DNA of 64,000 bases from an uncultured delta proteobacterium (GCA_963731045.1 CAVSVC010000022.1:2113-66112); one strand, 5' to 3'; counted from the stretch's first letter, positions 49,792-58,596 are shown. Notes: generated by a model not told the origin, from the letters alone. Program-made: numbers and translations.

Positions 49792-49820
49792 GTCTTAACA
49801 AAAACCGAAAACCTTGTCAA
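49792..49820 (-). promoter_or_regulatory. Candidate promoter of the tctCBA/pyrKD-like/dapA-like operon
   Basis: The minus strand reads TTGACAAGGTTTTCGGTTTTTGTTAAGAC (TTGACA, 17 nt, TAAGAC). The spacer is nearly identical to the promoter at 55876-55904. Confidence 0.35.
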
Positions 49821-49851
49821 CAAAGAACACATTTCAAAAGTTACATTTCGC

Positions 49852-49881
49852 TTGACATAGGGAAGAGTTCCAGTGTAAAGA
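49852..49881 (+). promoter_or_regulatory. Candidate divergent promoter for the amidohydrolase / lyase operon
   Basis: TTGACA (49852-49857), an 18-nt spacer, then TAAAGA (49876-49881). Confidence 0.3.
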
Positions 49882-49953
49882 TAATGCGAAATAAGAGAGG
49901 CTTACGCCTTGTATTTACAGGCTAAAGATTATTCGCTTAAGGAGGGAAGCAGC

Positions 49954-51333
49954 ATGAACCAGGTAGACCTACTCATAAAGAACGGCAAAGTCTATACAGA
50001 GGGGGGATTTCAGGATCTGGACGTCGCGGCCATCGGTGAAAAGATCGCTTTCTTGGCCAAACCCGGAAGTATCCCGGACGGGAAGAAGACCATCGACGCG
50101 AAGGGAAAGTACGTCCTTCCCGGAATCATTGACTGGCATACCCATCTGAGAGAGCCCGGTTTCACGCACAAAGAGGATTTTGAAACAGGGACGCGGGCCG
50201 CCGCCGCCGGCGGAGTCACGATGGTCTTTCCCCAGCCCAACACGAACCCGGTTCCGAATACCGTGGAAAACTATCGAATGCAGGTGGAACTGGGAAAGAA
50301 GAAGTGTCTTGTCGATTTTCATCCGATCGCAAGCCCCCTGGGTTTCAAGGACGGATGGGTTTCCAAACTGGCCGATGAGGGAGTGGCCTGGTTTAAGATC
50401 TTTCAGAAGGTCGCCCACTATCCCTATTCCACACCTGCCGCCACAGTGAATACGGCCGAAATCTACGGGGCTTTCAAGGCAATCGCCGATGCCGGGAAGT
50501 ATTGCTCGGTTCATCCCTTCGATCACTTTTTCTTTGAGGAGGCGGCAAACATTGTCAAGGCAAAAGGGTTGCCCATGAACCTCAAGAACTGGCGCCACCT
50601 CGTCTATACGGACGAGGAGATGAGCGGAGCCTCCTATCAACTCTATTATCTTGCGAAAAAAGCGAAGATGAACTGGTATGCCATGCACGCCTGGCAGCCC
50701 GGCTATATTGACCTGGTCAGATGGGCAAAGAAAGAGGGAGAGATCAAGGTCGTTTCGAGCATCGAACTGATGCCCAGTCTTGATCCCGGAGAAACGCTGT
50801 ATGACCCCGAAGTCAAGGCCTGGACACTCGAAGTGGGACGGGACGCCCCGCCGGTCGTGGAGAAGATGTGGGAAGGCGTCATGGACGGAACGATCGACTT
50901 TCTCGGCAGCGACCATGCCCCCCATGCAAAAGAAGAGTATCACCCGGACGATCCCCTTCACACCCCGGCAGGCTTCGGGATGATCGAGTGGTACGGCCAT
51001 ATCCTGCTGAATGAAGTCAACAAAGGAAGTTTGACCCTGCAAAAACTGGTCGAGGTCACTTCGGTGAACGCAGCCAAGATTTTCGGCTTCTATCCCCGAA
51101 AAGGTTCAAATATTCCGGGGACGGATGCCGATTTCAGCATCTGCGATATGGACAGAGAGTGGACGATCAACTCCGACCGGATCTACATGATGACCAAGTT
51201 AAACGCCTACCACGGCCGGAAACTCAAGGGAAAAGTCACCCATACCATCGTCAGAGGCAAGGTGATCATGGAGGAAGGTGAAGTAATCGGGCAGCCCGGG
51301 TTTGGCAAATTCATTGTGCCCGATAGAGGGTAA
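49954..51333 (+). CDS. Cyclic amidohydrolase superfamily enzyme (dihydroorotase / hydantoinase / allantoinase-like)
   Basis: AAGGAGGG precedes ATG 49954. The intact ORF carries PGIIDWHTHLREPG (HxH), FKIF, SVHP and GSDHAPH. Confidence 0.85.
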   Translation: MNQVDLLIKNGKVYTEGGFQDLDVAAIGEKIAFLAKPGSIPDGKKTIDAKGKYVLPGIIDWHTHLREPGFTHKEDFETGTRAAAAGGVTMVFPQPNTNPVPNTVENYRMQVELGKKKCLVDFHPIASPLGFKDGWVSKLADEGVAWFKIFQKVAHYPYSTPAATVNTAEIYGAFKAIADAGKYCSVHPFDHFFFEEAANIVKAKGLPMNLKNWRHLVYTDEEMSGASYQLYYLAKKAKMNWYAMHAWQPGYIDLVRWAKKEGEIKVVSSIELMPSLDPGETLYDPEVKAWTLEVGRDAPPVVEKMWEGVMDGTIDFLGSDHAPHAKEEYHPDDPLHTPAGFGMIEWYGHILLNEVNKGSLTLQKLVEVTSVNAAKIFGFYPRKGSNIPGTDADFSICDMDREWTINSDRIYMMTKLNAYHGRKLKGKVTHTIVRGKVIMEEGEVIGQPGFGKFIVPDRG

Positions 51334-51335
51334 CG

Positions 51336-51384
51336 GAATAAGGTTGAGGTTAAGGCAGTTAAGGTCGAAGAAAAGGTTAAGGGT
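51336..51384. repeat. Heptamer-periodic degenerate tandem repeat (aataagg ttgaggt taaggca gttaagg tcgaaga aaaggtt aagggtg)
   Basis: Read directly from the sequence, in the spacer between the amidohydrolase and lyase genes. A related ggttaag/ggttgag array lies at 52766-52800. Confidence 0.55.
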
Positions 51385-51425
51385 GCCGTGTTTTCTGCCC
51401 AGGGTATTTTCCGTGGAGGTGCGAG

Positions 51426-52760
51426 ATGATGAACAACACGCCGGCTGAAAGCATGAAGCAGATCTTTTCTGAAAAGGCGCGGTTCCAGCGCTGGCTGGAC
51501 GTGGAAGCCAGCCTGGCCAGGGCCCAGGCCTCTCTGGGAATCATTCCCAAAGAAGCAGCCGAGGCCATCAGCCGCAAGGCGGATGTGGAGCTTCTCGATC
51601 TGAAGAAATACAAGGAAATGTACCAGCTGACCGCTCACCCCATGGTGGCCATGCTGCGCCTCTTTACACCCATCGTCGAAGGAGCATTCGGTCAGTACAT
51701 CCATCTGGGGGCTACCACTCAGGACATCATGGACACGAGCACAATGCTCGCCCTGAAGCAGGCCCATCATGTCATCTATGACAGTCTACGGCGGATCGAA
51801 CTTGATCTTCTCACCATGGCAGAGCGGCATGCGGACACCCTCATGGCAGGAAGAACCCACTCCGTTCAGGCACTCCCCATTACCTTCGGCTACAAGGTGG
51901 CTGTATGGGCCCGGGAAATCCGGAGGAATATCCAGCGCCTCAGGGAATGCGGCAAGAGGCTCTTTGTCGCCCAGTTTTCCGGCGCCGTAGGCACCATGGC
52001 CGCTTTTGGAGGAAAAGGCCCCGAAATCTTAGCACTGGTATCGCAGGACCTTGGGTTGGGTGTCCCGGATATCTGCTGGCATGCCTCACGGGACCGGCTG
52101 GCTGAATTTGCCAATCTCCTCGCTCTCACAGGCGCTGCGCTGGGCCGCATCGGTCAGGAGGTCTACCTTCTCATGGCCACGGAGGTGGCCGAGGTCTGTG
52201 AACCCTGGCAGAAAGGTCTTGTCGGGTCCTCCACCATGCCCCACAAAATCAATCCGCAGATATCCCAGCAGATGATCTCCCTGGCCCGGAAACTTCGTTA
52301 CAATGCGTCCTTCCTGACGGAGGTCATGGTCGTAGACCATGAGCGCAACCTCGAGCATTTTATCGGCGAAATGGACACATTGGATGAATCCTGTTGCATG
52401 ATGGGTGACCTCCTTGCCTACGGCGAAGAGATGGCAAAGGACATGACGGTTTATCCTCGGCGGATGCTCACGAACCTGGGAATTTTGAAGGGATTGATGC
52501 TTTCCGAGTCAGTGATGATCGAATTGGGGAAGAAGATCGGAAAGCAGACAGCCCATGAGGTGATCTACGAAAATGCCACGAAGGCGATCAGAGAAGAACT
52601 CGACTTTAAGCAGGTGCTTTTGTCGGACCCAAGGGTCAGCCAGCATCTCACAGGAGAGGATATCGACCGCTTGCTCAACCCTGCAGCATACATCGGATTG
52701 GCCCCTCGGATCACCAGAGACGCGGTATCGCTGAGTCAAAAGGAAAGAGAACAGGACTGA
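51426..52760 (+). CDS. Fumarate-lyase superfamily enzyme (adenylosuccinate lyase / 3-carboxy-cis,cis-muconate cycloisomerase-like)
   Basis: Intact 444-aa ORF with LGATTQDIMDT, the signature GSSTMPHKINP, and an ADSL C-terminal-like end. Confidence 0.85.
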   Translation: MMNNTPAESMKQIFSEKARFQRWLDVEASLARAQASLGIIPKEAAEAISRKADVELLDLKKYKEMYQLTAHPMVAMLRLFTPIVEGAFGQYIHLGATTQDIMDTSTMLALKQAHHVIYDSLRRIELDLLTMAERHADTLMAGRTHSVQALPITFGYKVAVWAREIRRNIQRLRECGKRLFVAQFSGAVGTMAAFGGKGPEILALVSQDLGLGVPDICWHASRDRLAEFANLLALTGAALGRIGQEVYLLMATEVAEVCEPWQKGLVGSSTMPHKINPQISQQMISLARKLRYNASFLTEVMVVDHERNLEHFIGEMDTLDESCCMMGDLLAYGEEMAKDMTVYPRRMLTNLGILKGLMLSESVMIELGKKIGKQTAHEVIYENATKAIREELDFKQVLLSDPRVSQHLTGEDIDRLLNPAAYIGLAPRITRDAVSLSQKEREQD

Positions 52761-52765
52761 GAACC

Positions 52766-53509
52766 ATGGTTAAGGTTGAGGTTGAGGTGAAGGATCGAAG
52801 CCAGGCAAAAACGACAAAAGGATTACTCACGATCTGGACGGACGTCGATCCCGCTTACCACACTGAATTTCAGAAGTGGCATACCTGCGAGCACGTACTG
52901 GAACGGGTCGGTATTCCGGGCTTTTCCGTCGGCCGCCGTTACCGTGGAGTCGGTGACGCTCCCGATTTCCTGATGTGTTACGAAACAGAGGATCCCGGCG
53001 TTCTGTCGAGCGAGTCTTATCTTCAAGCCGTGAATCACCCCAGTCCCTGGACCCGGCAGATCATGAGCCATTCAAGCCATATCGTGCGGGCGATCTACGG
53101 TCTGGTTGCTTCTCACGGAGAAGGGCCGCCGATCGAGGCCCCGTACCTCCTTCTTTCAAAGTTCAATATCGAATCCGGGTTTGAAAGAGAAGTCCTTCAC
53201 TGGTACAAGGAAGAGCACCTTCCGGCGCTGAGCCGCATTCCCGGTTTGTACCGGGGCAGGTTGTATCGTGTCGATGAAGAGGTGTCTCATATCAAGACAG
53301 AGGAGCGAAAGATCCATGGCGGAGGTCCTGGCCGTCAGGAGTTCCTGGCGCTCTTCGAAACGGCATCATTGGATATTCCGGATCACAAAGCCTGGCAGGA
53401 ACTGCACGGAGGTCGAGAGAACTGCGAGAGACTGCGCGGAAAAATGAGCGACTTCCTTCTTCAATCCTACTGGCTTGACTTTGTACTCTACGCCCCTGGA
53501 AGGTACTAA
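52766..53509 (+). CDS. Hypothetical protein made of two tandem ~120-aa units (possibly a dimeric alpha/beta-barrel, EthD/DUF4286-like fold)
   Basis: Intact 247-aa ORF. Unit 1 reads TIWTDVDPAYHTEFQKWHTCEHVLERVGIPGFSVGRRY. Unit 2 reads FEREVLHWYKEEHLPALSRIPGLYRGRLY. The first ~10 codons (MVKVEVEVKD) lie in a heptamer repeat, so the start is uncertain (GTG 52787 is an alternative). Confidence 0.4.
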   Translation: MVKVEVEVKDRSQAKTTKGLLTIWTDVDPAYHTEFQKWHTCEHVLERVGIPGFSVGRRYRGVGDAPDFLMCYETEDPGVLSSESYLQAVNHPSPWTRQIMSHSSHIVRAIYGLVASHGEGPPIEAPYLLLSKFNIESGFEREVLHWYKEEHLPALSRIPGLYRGRLYRVDEEVSHIKTEERKIHGGGPGRQEFLALFETASLDIPDHKAWQELHGGRENCERLRGKMSDFLLQSYWLDFVLYAPGRY

Positions 53510-53656
53510 CAGGCTGCTGAAAAACGCCCATCTGCGGCGTTGCCCTCACCCTTCGTCGTTGCGGCACCTTAAGGTAACACAGGGTACGGTACCTTAAGGT
53601 ACCTCACTTCTCAGGATTTCGGGCGCCTTGCATCTGGGCATTTTTGAGCAGCCTGC
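53510..53656 (-). repeat. About 148-bp nested-palindromic intergenic repeat, copy B (inverted relative to A and C)
   Basis: It reads caggctgctgaaaaacgcccatctgcggcgttgccc...ggtaccttaaggtacc...gggcatttttgagcagcctgc. It starts 1 nt after the stop at 53507-53509. Confidence 0.85.
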
Positions 53657-53745
53657 AAGAAATGACTTCTTCAGCAAACTGATAAGAGGTTTCTGACCCT
53701 CGCTGAGGGAATGATGGACCGCCGGTACTGCCGGAGGTCCATCCC

Positions 53746-54762
53746 CTACACAATGCCGAATTGTCGTGCATTGAGATGATAGATCTTCTCTTTTTCCGCC
53801 TGGGTGATCGGCAGCCCTTCAACGAATCGAATGCATTCATCCGAATCTTCGTAAGGATAATCCGTGGCAAGAAGGATTCTGTCCATCCCTACGGCCTCGC
53901 ACGTGCATTGAAAGGCCCCCTTGAAGTAGTTTCCACTCGTGGTGACGTACATGTTTTCTTTCAGGTAATTGCTGGGTCTCTTGGCGAGATGGGGCCGTGT
54001 GGAAGGGTCGATCCAGGGTCTCTCATAAGCGAAATCGATCCGCTTGATTAAGAACGGCAACCCTTCCCCCAGATGACCGAGGACCACCTTGAGACCGGGG
54101 TACTTGTCAAAGGCACCGCTGTAAACAAGGCGCATCATGACCATGGCGGTTTCGACTCCGAATCCGAAACCAGGTCCTCCAAGGGCGTACCCGTAGGCAT
54201 TCAATTCGCGGATGGCTGGAACCGTGGGGTGAAGATAGATGAAGGCATTCAGCTTTTCGGCTCTCTCCAGGATCGGCCAGTATCTCTTCTCATCGAGGTA
54301 GCTGTCCCCGTAGTTGGAATTCGTCTTCCAACCTTTGAATCCAAAATCCTTTACCGTTCTCTCAAGTTCGTCTGCGGCGGCCATAGGGTCCTTCGGCGCC
54401 AGCGTTGCCAGCCCGATGAAGCGGTCCGGATGTCTCGCGATCGCCTTCGACAGAAGCGTATTCGTGGACTTTGCAAGGGCCGATCCGAGAGCCGGCTCCA
54501 GGCGCTCCACCCCTGGGGTCCCCATGGACAGGCATTGCATATCGATTCCCGCGGCATCCATGTTCTTCAAGCGGATTTCTTCCAGATCGAGAAGTTTATT
54601 GAGAAGACGTTCCGCCATCGGCTCTCCCGTGTCAGCGGTATACCACAGCCGGAGGTTTTTGGTTCCCGGGTCGTGTTCGTATCGCGGATAGCTCTTAATC
54701 CCGAACAGCGCGTCAATAAGCTCCTGGGTATTGAAATGGGCCTCGAGATCGATTCGTTTCAT
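53746..54762 (-). CDS. Amidohydrolase-2 (ACMSD-type) family protein, intact
   Basis: AAGGAG precedes ATG 54762. Motifs seen: MKRIDLEAHFNTQE, GIDMQCLS, FIYLHP, VLGHLGEGLPF and LATDYPYED. Confidence 0.85.
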   Translation of the reverse strand: MKRIDLEAHFNTQELIDALFGIKSYPRYEHDPGTKNLRLWYTADTGEPMAERLLNKLLDLEEIRLKNMDAAGIDMQCLSMGTPGVERLEPALGSALAKSTNTLLSKAIARHPDRFIGLATLAPKDPMAAADELERTVKDFGFKGWKTNSNYGDSYLDEKRYWPILERAEKLNAFIYLHPTVPAIRELNAYGYALGGPGFGFGVETAMVMMRLVYSGAFDKYPGLKVVLGHLGEGLPFLIKRIDFAYERPWIDPSTRPHLAKRPSNYLKENMYVTTSGNYFKGAFQCTCEAVGMDRILLATDYPYEDSDECIRFVEGLPITQAEKEKIYHLNARQFGIV

Positions 54763-54811
54763 CTTCGCCACTCTCCTTTTCACCGTACTCTTTCCGGACG
54801 GGACCTTTCTC

Positions 54812-55768
54812 TCAGCCTATCTTCAGAAGTCTTTTTGCATTTCCTCCGAGGATCTTCTCTTTCTCCTCGTCGGGGATACTCATCGCCTTAACGCCCGCCA
54901 GGTTCGACCGGATGAAGTCTTCTCCCGCTTCGGCCCCAAAGGGATAGTCGGATCCGTACATCATCCGGGTCCCCCCGAAAAAGGCATAACCGCACCCATA
55001 GGACCCCAGGGTGCCGTCTGTTGCCGTATCGGCATAGAGGTTCCCCCAGTACTGGGAGATATGCTTCGGGAGCTTATCTTTCAAGAGCCCATTGAAGTTC
55101 TGCTCGATCCGGCGCGCAAAAAAAGGAATCATGGCTCCAAGATGGTGCATGACCACTTTCAGGGTCGGAAAACGATCGAGCACCCCGCCGAAAATGAGCC
55201 TCCATACGGCCTGGGTTGAATCGAAAGGCCACCCGAAGACGTGCATCATCCTCCACCCTTTGTCCATGTCCACCAGGGGATAAGCGTCCCAGTGGGTTGG
55301 GTGCAGCAATACGGGCAGGTCATGCTTCACCAGCTTCTCGAAAAGCGGATAATAATCGGGAGAATCGAGCCCTTTTCCGTTCTGGTTCGTGGAGATGGTG
55401 ATCCCCCGGCAATCCAGCTCATTTATGCACCGGTCGAATTCCTTCATGGCCCCTTTCACGTCCAGGAGTGAGAGGATGCCGATATTGACGAACTTCTTCG
55501 GGTACGCCTTGCACAGGGCGTAATTGTCGTCATTGGACTGTCTGCAGATTTCGGCTGCATCAACAGGCCCGAAGCCAAGGAGAACCGGGGTGGTCTGGGT
55601 GAGGGCCTGGATATCCACGCCGTACTTCTCCATCAGTCCCAGCCGGACTTCAAGATCCGCGTTCTGCGGAGGAAAAGGAAACTGCTTTCCCTGGCCGTAA
55701 TACTCCAGTTTCCCAAGGAACGCCCCTACTCTTCTCGAAATGTGGTGACAGTAGATGTCGATAATCAT
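54812..55768 (-). CDS. Amidohydrolase-2 (ACMSD-type) family protein, intact
   Basis: 318-aa ORF with MIIDIYCHHI, GVDIQALT, PVLLHP, VMHHLGAMIPF and MYGSDYPFG. Confidence 0.85.
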   Translation of the reverse strand: MIIDIYCHHISRRVGAFLGKLEYYGQGKQFPFPPQNADLEVRLGLMEKYGVDIQALTQTTPVLLGFGPVDAAEICRQSNDDNYALCKAYPKKFVNIGILSLLDVKGAMKEFDRCINELDCRGITISTNQNGKGLDSPDYYPLFEKLVKHDLPVLLHPTHWDAYPLVDMDKGWRMMHVFGWPFDSTQAVWRLIFGGVLDRFPTLKVVMHHLGAMIPFFARRIEQNFNGLLKDKLPKHISQYWGNLYADTATDGTLGSYGCGYAFFGGTRMMYGSDYPFGAEAGEDFIRSNLAGVKAMSIPDEEKEKILGGNAKRLLKIG

Positions 55769-55875
55769 CGTCTCCTCCTCTTTCCCCTGCCCGGTCGGAT
55801 TTCCCTCCAGCCTGCTTCGGACGGAGCCGGAAACCTTCCCTGAGTAGATTTAAATGTGATTAAGATTAACTGAAA

Positions 55876-55904
55876 TCTTTAACAAATACCAAAAATCTTG
55901 TCAA
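55876..55904 (-). promoter_or_regulatory. Candidate promoter of the two-amidohydrolase operon
   Basis: The minus strand reads TTGACAAGATTTTTGGTATTTGTTAAAGA (TTGACA, 17 nt, TAAAGA). Confidence 0.35.
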
Positions 55905-56028
55905 GAAAAAAGAGGCCTTCACTGCAATCCCTCCGTTATTAGAAACCTATCAGCTATCCCGCTACGAGGCTTCCACGACGGCCCGATGGACCCGAGTGTT
56001 TCAAGGCCATGCCAAGGGCATGACATCG

Positions 56029-56057
56029 TTGACAAACTTGTTCCGTTCCCGTAGTAT
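56029..56057 (+). promoter_or_regulatory. Candidate promoter of the AOR gene
   Basis: TTGACA (56029-56034), a 17-nt spacer, then TAGTAT (56052-56057). A small palindrome CATGCC-aag-GGCATG lies just upstream (56008-56022). Confidence 0.4.
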
Positions 56058-56148
56058 TACATAGGCAGAAGAGACAACAAATGGGGGTGAATCCTCAATC
56101 ATCATCAACACGAGGCACCAAATAGCCAGGAAATGAAAGGAGCCAGAG

Positions 56149-58032
56149 ATGGAAAGCTATGCCGGGGGTTATACTGGGAGGATGCTCCGCATCAATCTGA
56201 CGGATAAAACCACACGCGAAGAAAAACTGCCGACGGAAATGGCGAAGGACTATATCGGAGGAGCGGGTTTTGGAATCAAGCTTCTTTACGATGAAGTGAA
56301 GGCGGGAACGGACCCTTTGAGCCCGGAGAATAAGCTTATTTTCGCTCCGGGTCCTTTCACGGGAACGACCGTTCCGTGTGCCAGCCGGATTTCCGTGACA
56401 GCCAAGTCTCCTCTAAGCAATACCGTGGGCATGTGCCTGTCAGGAGGACATTTTCCCGCCGAATTCAAACATGCAGGCTACGATGTCCTGATCATTGAAG
56501 GCAAGTCTGAAAAACCAACCTACCTCTGGATCAAAGACGGTCAGGTCCGGTTTCGGGATGCCGACAAGATCTGGGGCACCCAGACCTCTGATTGTCAGCA
56601 GATCATCAAGGACGACCTGAAGGACCAGAACACAAGAATTGCGTGTATCGGGCCTGCCGGCGAAAACCTGAGCAGAATCGCATGCATCATCAACGAACGA
56701 AGGGCCGCGGGCCGCAAGGGCCTCGGGGCTGTCATGGGTTCAAAGAACCTCAAGGCCATCGCAGTGAGAGGAAGCGGGTCGATCGGAATCGCCTCCCAGG
56801 ATAAATTCAAGATTGCCAGAAGTCAGATGCTGAAGGCAATGAAAGACAGCCCAGTCCTCTATTCCGAATTTGCCAAGGTGGGCACACCGTCCAATGTGGA
56901 CAACACCTGTGCCCTGGGCATCTTTCCCGCGAAGAACTGGACAGCCACGGGAAAGTTCCTGCCTGTGGATCAAATCGGAGTGGAGCCCCTCGAAAGCCGC
57001 CGGATCGGAAGGGAGTTCTGTTATGAATGCCCGGTCGGCTGCAGCCAGATGAGAGTGGCTAAAACCGAACCTTATGCGGGGATTCTGGCTGAAGGACCGG
57101 AATTTGAGACGCTCTACTCCCTGGGCGGCGAAACCGGCGTGGACAACTTGGACAGCATCATTGCCGCCGACCGTCTGTGCGACGAACTGGGGCTGGACAC
57201 CATCTCTGCGGGTGTGACGGTTGGTTTTGCCATGGAGTTGTTTGAGAAAGGGATCCTTACCCTGAAGGATACGGGAGGTCTGGATCTCCACTTCGGGAAT
57301 CATGAGGCAATGAACACATTGATCAGACTCATCGCCTTTCGGCAAGGCATTGGTGAGATCATGTCCGATGGGGTGAAGATGGCAGCCTCACGAATCGGTA
57401 AAGGGACGGACAGATATGCCATGCACATCAAAGGTCTTGAACTTCCCGGCTACGATGTGCGCGGGGCAAAGGGGCATGGACTGGCCTATGCGACCTCGTT
57501 TACAGGGGCGGACCATAACCGGGGCTATGCCTTCCAGGAGATTTTTGGGGTCCCTGTCCCTTATGCGGTGGACCGGCTGAGCATCGAGGGAAAAGGAAAA
57601 CTCACAAAATGGAACCAGGATATCCGGGCAGCCACCTGCGACTGCCCGACCATGTGCGTCTTTCTTCTCGATACGTCCATGGCCTCTACGGCCACCGAGA
57701 ATACGGCAGCCTTGATGGAAGCTGTTACGGGGCTCAATTTTACGCCTGATGACGTTGCCCGCGTCGGCGAGCGGTTGAGCAATCTTGCCAGGGCCTTCAA
57801 CGTTCGTGAAGGTTTCACCAGGTCCGACGACACGTTCCCCGAGAGGCTCATGACCGAACCTCTGGAAAGCGGTGCGTCAAAAGGCCAGATCATCACCAGA
57901 GAAGACCTCAAAACGATGCTCGATGAGTATTACACGGTCAGAGGCTGGGACCTAAAAACGGGAACACCGACCCGCAACAAACTCGTTGAACTGAATCTCG
58001 GGTATGTGGCGGATCAATTAGGTGTAAAGTAA
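56149..58032 (+). CDS. aor: Aldehyde:ferredoxin oxidoreductase (tungsten/molybdopterin AOR family)
   Basis: AAAGGAG precedes ATG 56149. The intact 627-aa ORF carries YTGRMLRINLTD, IGGAGFGIKLLYDEV, FAPGPFTG and ERRAAGRKGLGAVMGSKNLKAIAVRG. A Cys-containing 4Fe-4S region reads EFCYECPVGC. Confidence 0.92.
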   Translation: MESYAGGYTGRMLRINLTDKTTREEKLPTEMAKDYIGGAGFGIKLLYDEVKAGTDPLSPENKLIFAPGPFTGTTVPCASRISVTAKSPLSNTVGMCLSGGHFPAEFKHAGYDVLIIEGKSEKPTYLWIKDGQVRFRDADKIWGTQTSDCQQIIKDDLKDQNTRIACIGPAGENLSRIACIINERRAAGRKGLGAVMGSKNLKAIAVRGSGSIGIASQDKFKIARSQMLKAMKDSPVLYSEFAKVGTPSNVDNTCALGIFPAKNWTATGKFLPVDQIGVEPLESRRIGREFCYECPVGCSQMRVAKTEPYAGILAEGPEFETLYSLGGETGVDNLDSIIAADRLCDELGLDTISAGVTVGFAMELFEKGILTLKDTGGLDLHFGNHEAMNTLIRLIAFRQGIGEIMSDGVKMAASRIGKGTDRYAMHIKGLELPGYDVRGAKGHGLAYATSFTGADHNRGYAFQEIFGVPVPYAVDRLSIEGKGKLTKWNQDIRAATCDCPTMCVFLLDTSMASTATENTAALMEAVTGLNFTPDDVARVGERLSNLARAFNVREGFTRSDDTFPERLMTEPLESGASKGQIITREDLKTMLDEYYTVRGWDLKTGTPTRNKLVELNLGYVADQLGVK

Positions 58033-58061
58033 CCACCAGTTTACTGAAAAAGTCTTTTTCC

Positions 58062-58209
58062 GCAGGCTGCTCAAAAATGCCCAAATGCAAGGCGCCCGAG
58101 ATTCTGAGGAGTGAGGTACCATAAGGTACCGTACCGTGTGGTACCTTATGGTGGCGCAACGACGAAGGATGAGGGCAACGCCGCAGATGGGCGTTTTTCA
58201 GCAGCCTGC
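58062..58209 (+). repeat. About 148-bp nested-palindromic intergenic repeat, copy C
   Basis: It reads gcaggctgctcaaaaatgcccaaatgcaaggcgccc...ggtacc...ggtacc...gcagatgggcgtttttcagcagcctgc. It lies between aor and the moaD-like gene. Confidence 0.85.
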
Positions 58210-58219
58210 GAGGTTTCAA

Positions 58220-58510
58220 GTGATCCAGGTCAGGGTTTACACGATCTTAGCGCTCAAGAAGATTCTCGGTCAGAGAGAATTTGTCGTTTCCCTTCCGCCC
58301 GGAAGTACGGTCAAAGACCTACTTGCATCCTTGATTGACAGGTGGGGAGAGGAGCTCTCTTCCCACCTGTTTTCTCCCGGTAGCGACTCCCCTCTTCCGC
58401 ATATCCGGCTCATGATAAACGGCCGGTCCATCGAATTCCTTAAAGGCATCGATACGGTCCTTCACGAGGGAGACGAGTTCTTAATGCTCCCCCTCGTTTC
58501 CGGAGGATAG
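58220..58510 (+). CDS. MoaD/ThiS-family ubiquitin-like sulfur-carrier protein (C-terminal GG)
   Basis: GTG 58220 follows GAGG. It reads VIQVRVYTILALKKILGQREFVVSLPPGSTVKDLL...GDEFLMLPLVSGG*. The track ORF 58136.. starts artificially inside repeat C. Confidence 0.7.
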   Translation: MIQVRVYTILALKKILGQREFVVSLPPGSTVKDLLASLIDRWGEELSSHLFSPGSDSPLPHIRLMINGRSIEFLKGIDTVLHEGDEFLMLPLVSGG

Positions 58511-58532
58511 CGCCGAAAAGCGCTTCGGCGTT
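58509..58532. terminator. Hairpin between convergent genes (candidate bidirectional terminator)
   Basis: CGCCGAA-aagcgc-TTCGGCG, a perfect 7-bp stem (58511-58530). No strong T tract follows. Confidence 0.35.
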
Positions 58533-58596
58533 CAGACACGAACCATCAAACATTCCCTTGGTTGTGGTTGCGCTATGCGCCTTTCTAATTCAGTCT

